Shown one piece after another: positions 1-9,731 of a DNA stretch of 64,000 nucleotides. This DNA is from Gammaproteobacteria bacterium (GTDB lineage Bacteria; Pseudomonadota; Gammaproteobacteria; Ga0077536): positions 13,356 to 77,355 of the forward strand of contig JACQWY010000028.1 in the NCBI GenBank assembly GCA_016209015.1, read 5' to 3'. Position 1 is the first letter of the stretch, and every line of letters starts with the position of its first letter. Below the pieces are notes generated by a model. That model made no database searches. It worked only from the letters and a program-made list of their open reading frames with translations, and was not told the DNA's origin. Both the position numbers and the translations under genes were made by a program.

Positions 1-288
1 CTTCAAGGTCGCGCGGATGCTCTCGCCGTACACGGGGACTTCCCAGCGGCCGATGCGGACGTGCCCGGCCTCAACGCGGAGGCACTGCACGAGGGCCTGG
101 GTGATCGACCGGAGCACCAGACTCCGATCGACGCCCGGCAGGACCTCGAGCTCGGCGACGGCCATGCCGGCGGCGGGAGTGCCCAGCGGATTGAAGACTG
201 AGGTCACCCGCACGTCGGTGCCGGCAGGGGGATCGATGCTCAGGGCCATGAGCCCGGTGGCGTCGCGGCTCGCGATTTGAATCGTCAC
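1..288 (-). CDS. hypothetical protein, 3' end outside window
   Basis: GTG at 288 preceded by GAGAGGA; frame open to base 1 (VTIQIASRDATGLMALSIDPP...). Confidence 0.5.
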   Translation of the reverse strand, partial: MTIQIASRDATGLMALSIDPPAGTDVRVTSVFNPLGTPAAGMAVAELEVLPGVDRSLVLRSITQALVQCLRVEAGHVRIGRWEVPVYGESIRATLK

Positions 289-513
289 TTTTTCGGTCCT
301 CTCGGCTCTCTTGCCGAGCTCGTGGCGCGCACTGGCACTGTAAACCCTATCGGGAGTATGCTGAAGGCGGCCCCGACCAGCGGTTGCAACGCCAGCCGGG
401 ACCTAACCACTTCTGCAACCTGTTGACGAGGTCGCATTCATGGCTCACGCCAGTTTATCCGATCCGACGCGCCACGCGTGCGACCTCCCATTGCCTCAAG
501 GGGGGGCCAAACG

Positions 514-762
514 ATGGACACTTCGAACCTCAGCAAATTCGACGATCAGAGCTTCAAGATGCGGCTGGCACTGGGCCATCTGCACGCGATGCTCACTACC
601 GTGGTCGGCGACGGCTTCGAGTCGTTCAGCCATTACTCGGTCGAGATCCAGAACGATTACCTCGACGCGTGCCGGTCTAAAGCGGCGGAGTGTGAAACGC
701 TGCTCGACGGCTTAGACGGAATCGCGAGACCCGCGCTCTCCGCGGAAGGAGTCGCGGCATGA
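514..762 (+). CDS. hypothetical protein (mobile-element type)
   Basis: MDTSNLSKF...; first of three ORFs coupled by ATGA overlaps. Confidence 0.6.
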   Translation: MDTSNLSKFDDQSFKMRLALGHLHAMLTTVVGDGFESFSHYSVEIQNDYLDACRSKAAECETLLDGLDGIARPALSAEGVAA

Positions 763-1361
763 ACACAGTACGGACCATCGAGCACAAGCGTGGCGGCCAT
801 CGTCGCGCCGGCAGCGAGTGCATCGCTGCGCGTGGCGTTGCGGCCGAGATCACCGCGTTCGCGCCGACATCCGTCAAGGCGGAGATCGAAGCGATCCAGA
901 TCGGCAATGCGGCAATCGAAGGACTAACGCTCGCCGGCATTCAGATTGATGAACTCCTCCGCGACCAGCCCGAAAGCGCCGTGGGCTCCTGCGTGGTGAT
1001 GCAGGCGATCGTCGACAGCGTCGAGCGCGCGAAGGATGCTCTCCACGAGCAACTCGCGAAGATCGCGCGTGGCGACGATCGCGGCGACGAAGCGAGCGCC
1101 TCGGAAGGCGAAGACGCGGCAGCCGGCGGCGTCGATGAGGAGCCCAGCCGCTTGCGAAGCGAGGCCAGCGGGATCACGCCGCGCAGGCTCACGCAGCGGC
1201 TCAACTATCTCACGGGCGTCGCCGACATGGCGGCCGCAATCGTCCATGAAGGATCCGATCTCGGCGATGGAGCCCTCGGCGCGGTGCTAAACGGACTACG
1301 CGATCAGTTATCGGAAGCCCTCGGCTGGGCGTCCGCGCTGGAACACGGAGAGCCAGCATGA
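759..1361 (+). CDS. hypothetical protein
   Basis: RBS GGAG, ATGA overlap with both neighbours. Confidence 0.65.
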   Translation: MNTVRTIEHKRGGHRRAGSECIAARGVAAEITAFAPTSVKAEIEAIQIGNAAIEGLTLAGIQIDELLRDQPESAVGSCVVMQAIVDSVERAKDALHEQLAKIARGDDRGDEASASEGEDAAAGGVDEEPSRLRSEASGITPRRLTQRLNYLTGVADMAAAIVHEGSDLGDGALGAVLNGLRDQLSEALGWASALEHGEPA

Positions 1362-1795
1362 GCGCCGGCAGGAAACCAGCTTCGGCGAAAGCAGCGCCAG
1401 CGAAGCCTTCACGTCGCCGGGAGAAGGATCCCGACATTATCGAATACGAAGTTGCAACCAATGCGCTGGAAAAGGCGCCGCCGCTCTTCAGCGACGAACA
1501 AGTGATGGCCCTCGATCGAGTATTTCTCTGTGAAGGTACTAGCCGCCGGGTCGGTCTCGCTACCGGCACATTAAGCGGCCCCGATCTGCGAAAAGCACTC
1601 GAAACGGCAGACCCGCGGACGGCGTCGATGATGATCGCGTCCATTCGTCTATGGCAGGGAAGGTTCAAAGACATGCACGAGGTATTCGACGCTTTGCATG
1701 CACGAAGCCTGATCGCCACCTGCTATCGCAACGATTGCACGGACGTCCTAGGCGAAGCCGATCGCATGGTTCGGGAGGGATTTCCAGCCGAATAG
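1358..1795 (+). CDS. hypothetical protein
   Basis: RBS GGAGAG, ATGA overlap; GC hairpin follows. Confidence 0.65.
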   Translation: MSAGRKPASAKAAPAKPSRRREKDPDIIEYEVATNALEKAPPLFSDEQVMALDRVFLCEGTSRRVGLATGTLSGPDLRKALETADPRTASMMIASIRLWQGRFKDMHEVFDALHARSLIATCYRNDCTDVLGEADRMVREGFPAE

Positions 1796-1890
1796 GCTCG
1801 TCGTTTCACCTGCCGCCCGGGCTCCGGCTCGGGCAGCTGCCCAACTCGGGAATGGGCCGCATGTAGACGATGCGGCCGTGAGGTCAAGTC

Positions 1891-2571
1891 ATGAAACACG
1901 ATGAAAAATGGACGGCCTATCACGAGGCCGGGCACGCCGCCGCGGATCTGATCCTTGGGCACTATTCGATGGGCGTGTCCATCGTGGCCAAACCCGAAGA
2001 CGGATCGCGGGGTCGTGCCGTCGCTGACGGCTTGGACGAATTCAGTACCGCCGGGGTCGCGAATATCGTCGTCGCACTGCTGGCGGGAGCCGAAGCGCAA
2101 CGCCGCGTGATGAGGCCATGCAAGCGCAGCGCCGCGTGGATCCGGCGCGGCGGCGGAGACAACAGGCAGATCCAGCGCCACGAACGAATCCTTCGCGTTC
2201 GCGGCAGAGATCCAATTCCTGCGCTTCGTGAACGCACGCGAGCCTTGCTGTCCGAGCACTGGGATTTCGTCGAGATGATCGCCGAGGCGCTGCTCGAGCA
2301 TCGGGTGCTTCACGGTGACGAGGTGAACCTCCTGCACGACATTTACCGCGGCGACGCCGAGGCGCGCGACTTGACGGTTATGCGGGTGCACGTGCAGGAC
2401 ACGCTCCGGAGCATGCCCGGTCGGCGCGATCCGCTCACGGTGGAGGTCGACGGCGGCCGTGTCATTGTCATGGGCAGCGTAAACGAGCGATTGCGGGCGC
2501 GGCTGCTCGAGGCAGAGCCCGGAACGAAGCTGCACGCCGCCGACCTCCGCGCGGACGTGGACGACGTCTGA
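1891..2571 (+). CDS. peptidase M41 (FtsH protease domain)-like metalloprotease
   Basis: TAYHEAGHA zinc motif, LLAGAEAQ, IAEALLEHRVL.GDEV pattern; no AAA domain. Confidence 0.7.
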   Translation: MKHDEKWTAYHEAGHAAADLILGHYSMGVSIVAKPEDGSRGRAVADGLDEFSTAGVANIVVALLAGAEAQRRVMRPCKRSAAWIRRGGGDNRQIQRHERILRVRGRDPIPALRERTRALLSEHWDFVEMIAEALLEHRVLHGDEVNLLHDIYRGDAEARDLTVMRVHVQDTLRSMPGRRDPLTVEVDGGRVIVMGSVNERLRARLLEAEPGTKLHAADLRADVDDV

Positions 2572-2856
2572 TCCGTGTTCGTCGGTTGCGAGGGAGACGA
2601 ACCGGCCGAGGGCGCGGAGCTTGTCCATCCCGAGTGGGATGCGCCGGTCCTGAAGTTCGGCATCCGGCGGGACTCCGGGGCAACGCCGGTGCTGTGGGAA
2701 CTTGACCTCGAGACTGGGCGAACAGCGCAGCGATGACCTTGTCCCAGGCAGCGGGCTACACGACTTATGCGCTGGGCTCAGAAAAACGCGCGCGATGCAT
2801 TAGGATGAGCAGAGCAGGCGTTCAAGCGAGCCTCAGTAACCGTTGGGGGGGTAACT

Positions 2857-3288
2857 ATGAGGTATGTAGGATTCGTCTTGTTCTTCGCGCTTTCGGCAAC
2901 AGCGGAAGCCGCATATTACAAGAAATCTTCGGAGCTGTTTCGCGAGTGCGCTTCAGAGGCGTCCGCTGATGCTGTTTCGTGCGTCTCATATGTGATTGCT
3001 GTAAACGACCTAGCGGAAGTGATGGCACACGCTGACACTGGCTCTAAACCGGCCTGGTGCGTACCTTCGGCGGTGACGGGAGGCGAACTACGCACAGCGG
3101 TGCTGCGCTATTACGGGGCTTACCCCGCCCGCGCCAATGGCGTCGCGGCCGCCGTGGTTGCGGATGCTTTAGCAGCCGCATATCCGTGTGGGGAGGCGGG
3201 CTCTCAAACGCTTATTCACAAAATGCTACACCCAGAAGACGAGCGGCCCGTGAAGCCACCGACGAGCCCAGTTCCCGAAGTTCGGTAA
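2857..3288 (+). CDS. Rap1a/Tai-like exported immunity-family protein
   Basis: signal peptide; ELFREC...CVSYV...WCVP...AAAYPC cysteine pattern. Confidence 0.7.
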   Translation: MRYVGFVLFFALSATAEAAYYKKSSELFRECASEASADAVSCVSYVIAVNDLAEVMAHADTGSKPAWCVPSAVTGGELRTAVLRYYGAYPARANGVAAAVVADALAAAYPCGEAGSQTLIHKMLHPEDERPVKPPTSPVPEVR

Positions 3289-3594
3289 CAGGCACCACGC
3301 GCGGGCCAATCCCTCACCCGATGATGATCGAATACAGGTGGTTCGTGCCCCCTCAGAATCGCACCTAACCCCACACGCGCGGCGGCATACTCGTGCAGCA
3401 GCCATACCGAGCAGGTCCTCGGAAAAATGCGCAGGACGCATTAGGCGAGACCGGCAGGCCCGAGCTCGCACCAGTTGAAGCCGGCATAGAAAGTCCTTGG
3501 CGCGCCATGTTCGCTTTGACGCGGATGCAGCGGGTGCCTATCTTACCCGCATCTACTGGACTGGAATCTGGGAAGTGCTGGGGGAGCCATAAAG

Positions 3595-4212
3595 GTGGAC
3601 AGAGACGTCGTTATCGATTGCCCTCAATGTGCCATTCGCGTTAATGCCAAAGTGCGGGGTAGCGTCCATGATCAGGACTCGGAGGTGAGCGTCGTACTAG
3701 CTGAGTGCCCTTCATGTCGCGGGCCGCTGGTCGGCCTGACGGAGGTATATCAGGACGGCTTTGACAACTGGGGATTTGCTCACGCCGAGCGCGTATGGCC
3801 CGCTCCTTCTGCCGTCGAGTTGAGCGCCACAATTCCAGAGGCTGCGCGGCGTGACATTAAGGACGCGCAGAAGTGCTTGGGGCACGGAATCTATTCTGCT
3901 GCCACAGTGTTATGCGGCCGAGCCCTCGAAAGACTCTCGAAGATGAAGGCGTCGAAGAGGTCGCTAGCGGAAGGCTTAGATGCGTTGAAGCAACAGGGCA
4001 CGATCGACGAACGCCTCTTTCAATGGGCCACCGCGCTTCGGAAAGAGCGCAACCTCGGCGCGCATGCTGCAGATGAGGAAGTTACGAAGCAAAATGCTGA
4101 AGACGTCCTCGCCTTTACTATCGCGATCTTCGAGTACGTCTATACCCTGTCGGAAAAGTACGCGGAATTCATGGCAAGGAAATCTGGGGTGGTGACCGAA
4201 GCAAAAGACTAA
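3595..4212 (+). CDS. DUF4145 domain protein with N-terminal Zn ribbon
   Basis: CPQC...CPSC; AATVLCGRALE...LRKERNLGAH (HEPN-like RxxxxH). Confidence 0.75.
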   Translation: MDRDVVIDCPQCAIRVNAKVRGSVHDQDSEVSVVLAECPSCRGPLVGLTEVYQDGFDNWGFAHAERVWPAPSAVELSATIPEAARRDIKDAQKCLGHGIYSAATVLCGRALERLSKMKASKRSLAEGLDALKQQGTIDERLFQWATALRKERNLGAHAADEEVTKQNAEDVLAFTIAIFEYVYTLSEKYAEFMARKSGVVTEAKD

Positions 4213-4384
4213 CCTGTCTTAGCGGCCGCAAGGTGTATCGCGCGCCCAGCCGCCGGCAAAGATTACAGCCACTGACGACAGCGATCTCTGGGCGGGACGT
4301 TCTCCAAATCAAATTGTGGCGTGTAGCTGCGTCGCGAATTCCGTCGTCAACGGAGATTCCGCGGCGTGCTACGATTTGAGAATC

Positions 4385-5134
4385 ATGGCCACAAAATCAT
4401 TAATCGAATGGACTGAACAGACGTGGAATCCGACCACGGGCTGTACGAAAATTTCGCCTGGCTGCAAGAATTGCTACGCGGAGGTCATGGCAAAGCGCCT
4501 GCAAGCCATGGGCGCGTCAGGGTACGACGTGGGGTTCGAGCTCGCGATGCATCCCGCGCGACTCAGCCAGCCGCTCCGGCGAAAAAAGCCGGCGGTTTAT
4601 TTCGTAAATTCGATGAGCGATCTTTTCCACAAGGACGTTCCTGACGCATTCCTCGACCGTGTGCTCGATGTGATTCGAAGCACCCCGCAGCACACCTATC
4701 AGGTCCTCACGAAGCGCGCCGAGCGGCTTCCCGCATTCTTCGCTCACCGCGAGTGCCCGCCGAACGTCTGGCTGGGCGTCTCCGTAGAGAATCGGGCCCA
4801 TGGGATCCCGCGTATCGGTCACCTGCGGGAAGTTGGCGCGCGCGTCCGTTTTCTTTCCATCGAACCGCTACTCGAAGATCTCGGCAAGCTGGACTTGCGA
4901 GGCATTCAGTGGGTGATTGTCGGAGGGGAATCTGGCCACAAGGCTCGGCCAATGCAGAAGGACTGGGTGCTAAACATCAAGCGGCAAGCCGAAGCGTCCG
5001 GGGTGCCGTTTTTCTTCAAGCAGTGGGGACGCTGGGGCTCGGACGGCGTCAGTCGCCACAAGAAGGTGAACGGCCGAATTCTCGATGGTCGCACGTGGGA
5101 CATGATGCCCTGCAGTGCGTCCGCGACCCGTTAG
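4385..5134 (+). CDS. DUF5131 (phage Gp37/Gp68) family protein
   Basis: IEWTEQTWNPTTGCTKISPGCKNCYA, FVNSMSDLFH, WVIVGGESG, FFFKQWG. Confidence 0.9.
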   Translation: MATKSLIEWTEQTWNPTTGCTKISPGCKNCYAEVMAKRLQAMGASGYDVGFELAMHPARLSQPLRRKKPAVYFVNSMSDLFHKDVPDAFLDRVLDVIRSTPQHTYQVLTKRAERLPAFFAHRECPPNVWLGVSVENRAHGIPRIGHLREVGARVRFLSIEPLLEDLGKLDLRGIQWVIVGGESGHKARPMQKDWVLNIKRQAEASGVPFFFKQWGRWGSDGVSRHKKVNGRILDGRTWDMMPCSASATR

Positions 5135-5955
5135 AAGCCAAAGTCGCGCTGCGGCCCCACCTGCATAATGGCTTTCCAGAACTTCTGCGGGAGCCCATGT
5201 TTCGACGCCATCAGCAGCCAGTACAACGGCTGGTTCCTACTCCCGGTGATCAATCGCATTTCGGTCGATGCCCAAATTCCACTCCCGGCAACGAGGCCTC
5301 GCCAGTATTCGATGATGTTCCGGCGGAGTTCATGCTGAGGGACCTTGGCGGGAACGTGTTGCCGCCATCCAGGCGCGAATTTTTCAAACGCCGAGGACTC
5401 CGCGGCGAGATTCCTTTCCGAGTTTCGCTGAAGATCCATTGCGCTGAGATGAATCAGAATGTCCGGGCGGTGTAGCCTCGAGAGCGCCTGCAGAATTTCG
5501 AAATCGAGCTCGGCAAGGTTGTACGGATCCAGAAAAATCAGGTGGAGCCCGCGCGGATCGAGTTGCTGAAGCGCGGCATGCGTCGCTTCAACAGCAGGTC
5601 CGGCCAGTTCATATACGGGGGCGTTTAAGCGCCGAAGACGCTCAGCACATGCGACACGGCGAGGCTCGTCCACATCGGCGATTAACACCTTGGAGAAGGG
5701 GGCGTCGCCATCGACGCTCGTTTTCCAAGCAGTAGGGGCGCTACCGTCGATCCATTCGGCGGTGCCTTCGACTCGCGCGCGCCCCGAACCCGAAAAGAGA
5801 TCTATGAATGTCGCGCCGGCCTTCTTAGGGCCGATGAACTTCTTTCGTGCCGGTCCTGAGATTTCTAAATAGAGGCGAAGGCATTCGTGCTTTTCCTTCG
5901 TCCAGACACCGACCTCGTCGCCCAATAGCCCGTCGTCCGCTTCGATGATTGTCAC
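5131..5955 (-). CDS. tcmP: three-Cys-motif partner protein TcmP
   Basis: VGVWTKEKH, FIDLFSGSG, IFLDPY, LYWLLMASKH; adjacent to DUF5131; GTG at 5955 with AAGGA RBS. Confidence 0.8.
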   Translation of the reverse strand: MTIIEADDGLLGDEVGVWTKEKHECLRLYLEISGPARKKFIGPKKAGATFIDLFSGSGRARVEGTAEWIDGSAPTAWKTSVDGDAPFSKVLIADVDEPRRVACAERLRRLNAPVYELAGPAVEATHAALQQLDPRGLHLIFLDPYNLAELDFEILQALSRLHRPDILIHLSAMDLQRNSERNLAAESSAFEKFAPGWRQHVPAKVPQHELRRNIIEYWRGLVAGSGIWASTEMRLITGSRNQPLYWLLMASKHGLPQKFWKAIMQVGPQRDFGF

Positions 5956-6149
5956 GAACCGTCCTTCTGCCGATGAGGGAATCGTCCCATGAGCCCGCTC
6001 GGATTCTACCCGTAGAAGCCCGAGACGGAACGAGGCTAACGGAAACGAGGCAACGAATATCAAGCGGCCCGCAAATGCCACCAGATCTGCCACGTATTAC
6101 TGAGTTTCGAAACGGAAGGGAGTCGCAATATGCTATCCCTTTGTTTCAT

Positions 6150-6194
6150 TGGCTCCCCGGGACGGGCTCGAACCGCCGACCCAGTGATTAACAG
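6150..6194 (-). tRNA. 3' half of tRNA-Asn(GTT), integration-site core (partial, not a functional tRNA)
   Basis: minus strand CTGTTAA-TCACTGGGTC-GGCGGTTCGAGCCCGTC-CCGGGGAG-CCA; similarity stops exactly at the anticodon loop. Confidence 0.85.
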
Positions 6195-6233
6195 ATAGTT
6201 TCTCATGTGAGAAAGATCATCATCTTAACCTAT

Positions 6234-6299
6234 TTTTCCGAATATTTTCGGGGGTCGGTTTCAATAACTTAGGAACTGTATATTCGGAAAATTCGGAAT
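6234..6299. promoter_or_regulatory. att arm: putative integrase arm-type sites and IHF-like site
   Basis: TTTTCCGAATAT / ATATTCGGAAAA inverted repeat, tandem TTCGGAA x2, TTTCAATAACTTA (6259-6271, one mismatch to WATCAANNNNTTR). Confidence 0.5.
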
Positions 6300-7327
6300 C
6301 ACTTTTCAGCCTCGGATCCTATCGTCGGTACCAGCGTCGGCTTGCGATCGTAGAGCGCGACCATGCGCTCAGTCGCGTGCCCGCTGAACTTCCGCTTATC
6401 ACCCTCGAAGTCTGAGATCCCCTTCGCCTTCAAATCGTGGAAAGTCCAGTCCACCGCGGCACCCTTCGGAGCCAGGTCCTCGCGCAGCCGCGCCCATGCT
6501 GACTCGAAGCCGTTCCGCGTGTAGCCGTTGCCCTTCTTGTTGCAGACCACGCGCGTCGCGCCGGCCGGCGCTTCGGCGCGGCACATCTCGATCGCCCCCT
6601 TCAGCCGAGGCGACCACGCCTTGATCTGCCGCTTCGCGGTTTTCCCCTGACGAATGTAGACGCCTTCCTCGCGGAGCTCGAACGTCGTGAGCTTCAGCAC
6701 GTCGGAGAGACGTGCCGCGCAGAGATACGCGATTTCCATCGCGGCCCGGATTGGTGTGCTCGCCGCGTTGAACACGGCCGCGTACTCGGCGTCCGTCACG
6801 TAGCGGTCGCGAGCGCGCTCCGAAAAGCGGTCGACACCTTCGCAGGGGTTGTGCTCGATATAGCCGCGCTGCAGGCCCCAGACACAGATCACGCTGAGCA
6901 GGGCAAGGTAGCGATTCGCCATCGTCGTGGTGCGCTTCCCGGTGCGTGCATTCAGCCGAGATCCGACCTTGTCGACGTACTGCCGGACGTGTGTCGTCTT
7001 CAGGGCGTTGCAGCGCATCTTGCCGAACACGGCGAGCAGCCCGACGCCGCCGGCGTCGCGCTGGCGCTCGTAGCTTTTGCGCGTCTCGAGGGCGAGGTCT
7101 TCGAAATTCGAGCTCGCGAAATAGGCCTTGATGAGATCGGCCATGGTGCCGCTCGTCGTGATCTCTGCGAGCACGCTCCGGTGCGCGGCCAGGACCTCGG
7201 CGCGACTCGCGGTGAGCGCAGCCAAGCGCACGGCGCCGCCTGTGCGCGGACGGAACTCGTAGGCAGACCGACCGCGGTAGACTCGCGGCGGCATCCATCT
7301 ATCTTCGGGCGGACGATTTCGGCCCAT
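6299..7327 (-). CDS. int: tyrosine recombinase/integrase
   Basis: AARLSDVL (R), QGKT (K), FHDLKAK, SGH, LYDR catalytic pattern; next to tRNA fragment. Confidence 0.92.
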   Translation of the reverse strand: MGRNRPPEDRWMPPRVYRGRSAYEFRPRTGGAVRLAALTASRAEVLAAHRSVLAEITTSGTMADLIKAYFASSNFEDLALETRKSYERQRDAGGVGLLAVFGKMRCNALKTTHVRQYVDKVGSRLNARTGKRTTTMANRYLALLSVICVWGLQRGYIEHNPCEGVDRFSERARDRYVTDAEYAAVFNAASTPIRAAMEIAYLCAARLSDVLKLTTFELREEGVYIRQGKTAKRQIKAWSPRLKGAIEMCRAEAPAGATRVVCNKKGNGYTRNGFESAWARLREDLAPKGAAVDWTFHDLKAKGISDFEGDKRKFSGHATERMVALYDRKPTLVPTIGSEAEK

Positions 7328-7550
7328 CTTTCAACACCCCCGAAAAGTCGGGTTCGGTTGTGGCCCGAGACAGAGCGGACGCGGGGTGATTCAGCGAGAA
7401 CCACGTGACCCGGACGGCGCCGTCGAGCCGGCGAATGAAAAAGATACCATGCCGGGCCAGGATCTCGGCCTGCTTGGCCGGCTGGACAGCGCCAGTCGCC
7501 TCGTGCAGTTCCACGTCGGTTAGGAACCTGTCCATGCCGAGGTCACCCAT
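7299..7550 (-). CDS. DUF4224 family putative excisionase
   Basis: FLTDVELHEATGAVQPAKQAEILARHGIFFIRRLDGAVRVTW...EPDF; overlaps int start. Confidence 0.8.
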   Translation of the reverse strand: MGDLGMDRFLTDVELHEATGAVQPAKQAEILARHGIFFIRRLDGAVRVTWFSLNHPASALSRATTEPDFSGVLKDGPKSSARR

Positions 7551-7821
7551 GACGACTCGCCAGGGCGGCGCACTTGCGGCAGCGCGGCCAGTTTCCGGCG
7601 CCGTAAAGCCAGCGCGCGGCGCCGCGACGACCACACAGCGAAACGGCATAGCTCGTGTTTTCGCGCCTGTAGTAATGCGCCTTTGCAATGTAATGGTCTG
7701 GGTCCACGTTCGTTGCCCAGCCGGCGCGGAAGTTCTCGAACTGACCTCCGCTGAAATAGGGAGGCCCCATGGCGGGCGCACAGCCCTCGGGCGCGATGCC
7801 GGGCTTCTCTCGTTGTGTCAT
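7543..7821 (-). CDS. phage hypothetical protein (Cys-containing)
   Basis: coupled ORF in leftward operon; SLCG...RCRKC. Confidence 0.6.
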   Translation of the reverse strand: MTQREKPGIAPEGCAPAMGPPYFSGGQFENFRAGWATNVDPDHYIAKAHYYRRENTSYAVSLCGRRGAARWLYGAGNWPRCRKCAALASRHG

Positions 7822-8192
7822 GCTCTCTCCCTCGCCTCCGCAAAGTCCGGATTGGTCAGGAACTCGCGGAACGTCATGTCGGGGAAGGATTCGCGCAGGT
7901 CCAGGAACTTCGCGTAGCGCCGCGTGCCGAGCGGCTCGCGGATGCTCTTGCGGCTCGCCATCGCGAGGTTGTATCCACGTGGAGTCGTGCGGTACCAGTC
8001 GTAGCTGAACCCCGGGCCCGACTCGCGGTAGCGCTCGACTAGCCCCATGCGCTCGAGCTCGGCGAACTCCGGGTCACCGGGATTCACCGCAGCGTAATTG
8101 CGGTACGGAGCGGGCCGGCGCGCGTAGGGCGTGTTGATTCCGAGCATGTGGCGCAGCGTGTGCAACTGGTCTTCTGTTGCGATCGGGGGCAT
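7818..8192 (-). CDS. phage hypothetical protein (winged-helix-like)
   Basis: LRHMLG...YRNY...LERMGLV; resembles 17982..18260. Confidence 0.6.
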   Translation of the reverse strand: MPPIATEDQLHTLRHMLGINTPYARRPAPYRNYAAVNPGDPEFAELERMGLVERYRESGPGFSYDWYRTTPRGYNLAMASRKSIREPLGTRRYAKFLDLRESFPDMTFREFLTNPDFAEARERA

Positions 8193-8376
8193 TGAGGTTG
8201 CTCCTCATCTGTTGCGGTCGGTCATTGGCTGCACTGCTTCTCGATGCATTCAAACCAGATAACGCCGCGCACGAATGCGCCGCCGTGCTCGTGGCAGTTC
8301 CGCCAGCTCACGCCGATCAACGAGACAAAAATGACCACGATGAGCGCAAGTACAAGCGCCCAGATGAGTTCGGCTT

Positions 8377-8757
8377 TCATCTCCCACCATCCTTCGGCGG
8401 CTCGGGGAGTGGCGGGGCAGAGTGCGCGACCTGTTGCGGCCAGAGGGCCAAGAACAGCAGGCACCCGAACTTACGCGAAGTCGTGATCGGCTTGCCGTCG
8501 CGGCTGCTCTCCCACAAGTCCCCCGCCACCTTCGGCTGCGCGTGCACGGTGCATGTGCCCCATGCGATTCTATCGATGCCGCGCATCCAGAATCCGCAAT
8601 CCTCGCAGTGGCCATAGGGTTCAGCCTTCTCGGCGCGATAGGCGCGCGCGGACGCAAGTCGCGCGGCATTGCGTAGGTAGTTGAGTTCCTTGTCTGATCG
8701 CTTGCGACCGGCCGCATAGCCCTTACTATAGCCACGCCCGTAGTCGTCGGATGTCAT
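8377..8757 (-). CDS. phage hypothetical protein
   Basis: YGRGYSKGYAAG, HCEDCGFW; ATGA-coupled. Confidence 0.6.
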   Translation of the reverse strand: MTSDDYGRGYSKGYAAGRKRSDKELNYLRNAARLASARAYRAEKAEPYGHCEDCGFWMRGIDRIAWGTCTVHAQPKVAGDLWESSRDGKPITTSRKFGCLLFLALWPQQVAHSAPPLPEPPKDGGR

Positions 8758-9077
8758 TTCTCCCCCTCGCCCAGCTCGCGCAGGGCACTATCAATGCAAT
8801 CCGGCCAATCGTCCCCGGTCGCCGTGAAATACTGGAACGCTCGCATCGCCACCTGTCGCGCATGGTCATCGCGGGAGGATTTGTATTCGTCCAGCAATCG
8901 CACAGCCGCCGAAAGCACATCGCGATGCAGGTAGTCGCATATTCCGTCACCATAATAGAGCCGAGTTTCATACGGTTGTTTGTTCCAAAAATCCTGCGCC
9001 TTTAGAAGTCCCTCCAGCCCGTGAGCGCCCTTGAAAACGCCGGTGTCGGTTAAAAGGTTTTCGACAGTCGTGCTCAT
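8754..9077 (-). CDS. phage hypothetical protein
   Basis: ATGA-coupled; ends IDSALRELGEGEK. Confidence 0.6.
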   Translation of the reverse strand: MSTTVENLLTDTGVFKGAHGLEGLLKAQDFWNKQPYETRLYYGDGICDYLHRDVLSAAVRLLDEYKSSRDDHARQVAMRAFQYFTATGDDWPDCIDSALRELGEGEK

Positions 9078-9316
9078 ACCCCCCCCTCGCCCAGTTCGCG
9101 CAGGGCACGATCAATGCGTGCGTTGATTTCGGTGCTCGATGTGTAAAAGTCGTGCCCGTCCATTGTGCCGGACAGATATAGCGCCTTCGCAACGCGCCCC
9201 ACAGCAGCGCGGGAGTAGTAGGGCCCTTGGTCATACGTCGCGACGGGCTGTGCATACCATGTTCCGAACGTGGGCAGCGCGGAGTCCACGGGATAAATCA
9301 CATCTGGCATGCTCAT
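9074..9316 (-). CDS. phage hypothetical protein
   Basis: ATGA-coupled; ends IDRALRELGEGGV. Confidence 0.55.
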   Translation of the reverse strand: MSMPDVIYPVDSALPTFGTWYAQPVATYDQGPYYSRAAVGRVAKALYLSGTMDGHDFYTSSTEINARIDRALRELGEGGV

Positions 9317-9537
9317 TCCTTCCTCCCTCGCGACTTCCAGCAGTCGCACCTGGGGCCAGGGAACACCGCAGCACAAGGCCCTTTTGAAGCGCACTTTTTA
9401 CCGTGCGGCGCCTCGTCGATTAGTTTTCGGAGGGCGTCGCGCTCGCGCACAACTTGTTCGTAGTCGATGTACAGCACGAATGCGCCGCTCGCGCATTCCC
9501 AATCTTCTACGTCGTATCGCTTCACGGGAGCGCTCAT
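9313..9537 (-). CDS. phage hypothetical protein
   Basis: VKRYD...GAFVLYIDY; ATGA-coupled. Confidence 0.6.
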   Translation of the reverse strand: MSAPVKRYDVEDWECASGAFVLYIDYEQVVRERDALRKLIDEAPHGKKCASKGPCAAVFPGPRCDCWKSRGRKE

Positions 9538-9731
9538 TCCATTTCTCTCCTGGCTACGTCAAGGATTTCATCGACGGTCATCAGCTTGGCGTCTCCGGAT
9601 ATGCACATGGCTTCATTGCGCCATGTAATCTCCACCGCGCGGCGGGCGAATGCGATTGCGTCGGCTTTTGTTACGACCACTTCGAACGCATGGTCATCAC
9701 AGCCAATGCGCCGTGCTCGAAATACTTTCAT
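9534..9731 (-). CDS. phage hypothetical protein
   Basis: MKVFRARRIG..., RBS GGAGG, ATGA-coupled. Confidence 0.55.
   Translation of the reverse strand: MKVFRARRIGCDDHAFEVVVTKADAIAFARRAVEITWRNEAMCISGDAKLMTVDEILDVARREME

Noticed and set aside
6150..6230. Complete tRNA-Asn gene
   Set aside because: No D arm or 5' acceptor strand; only the 3' half is present
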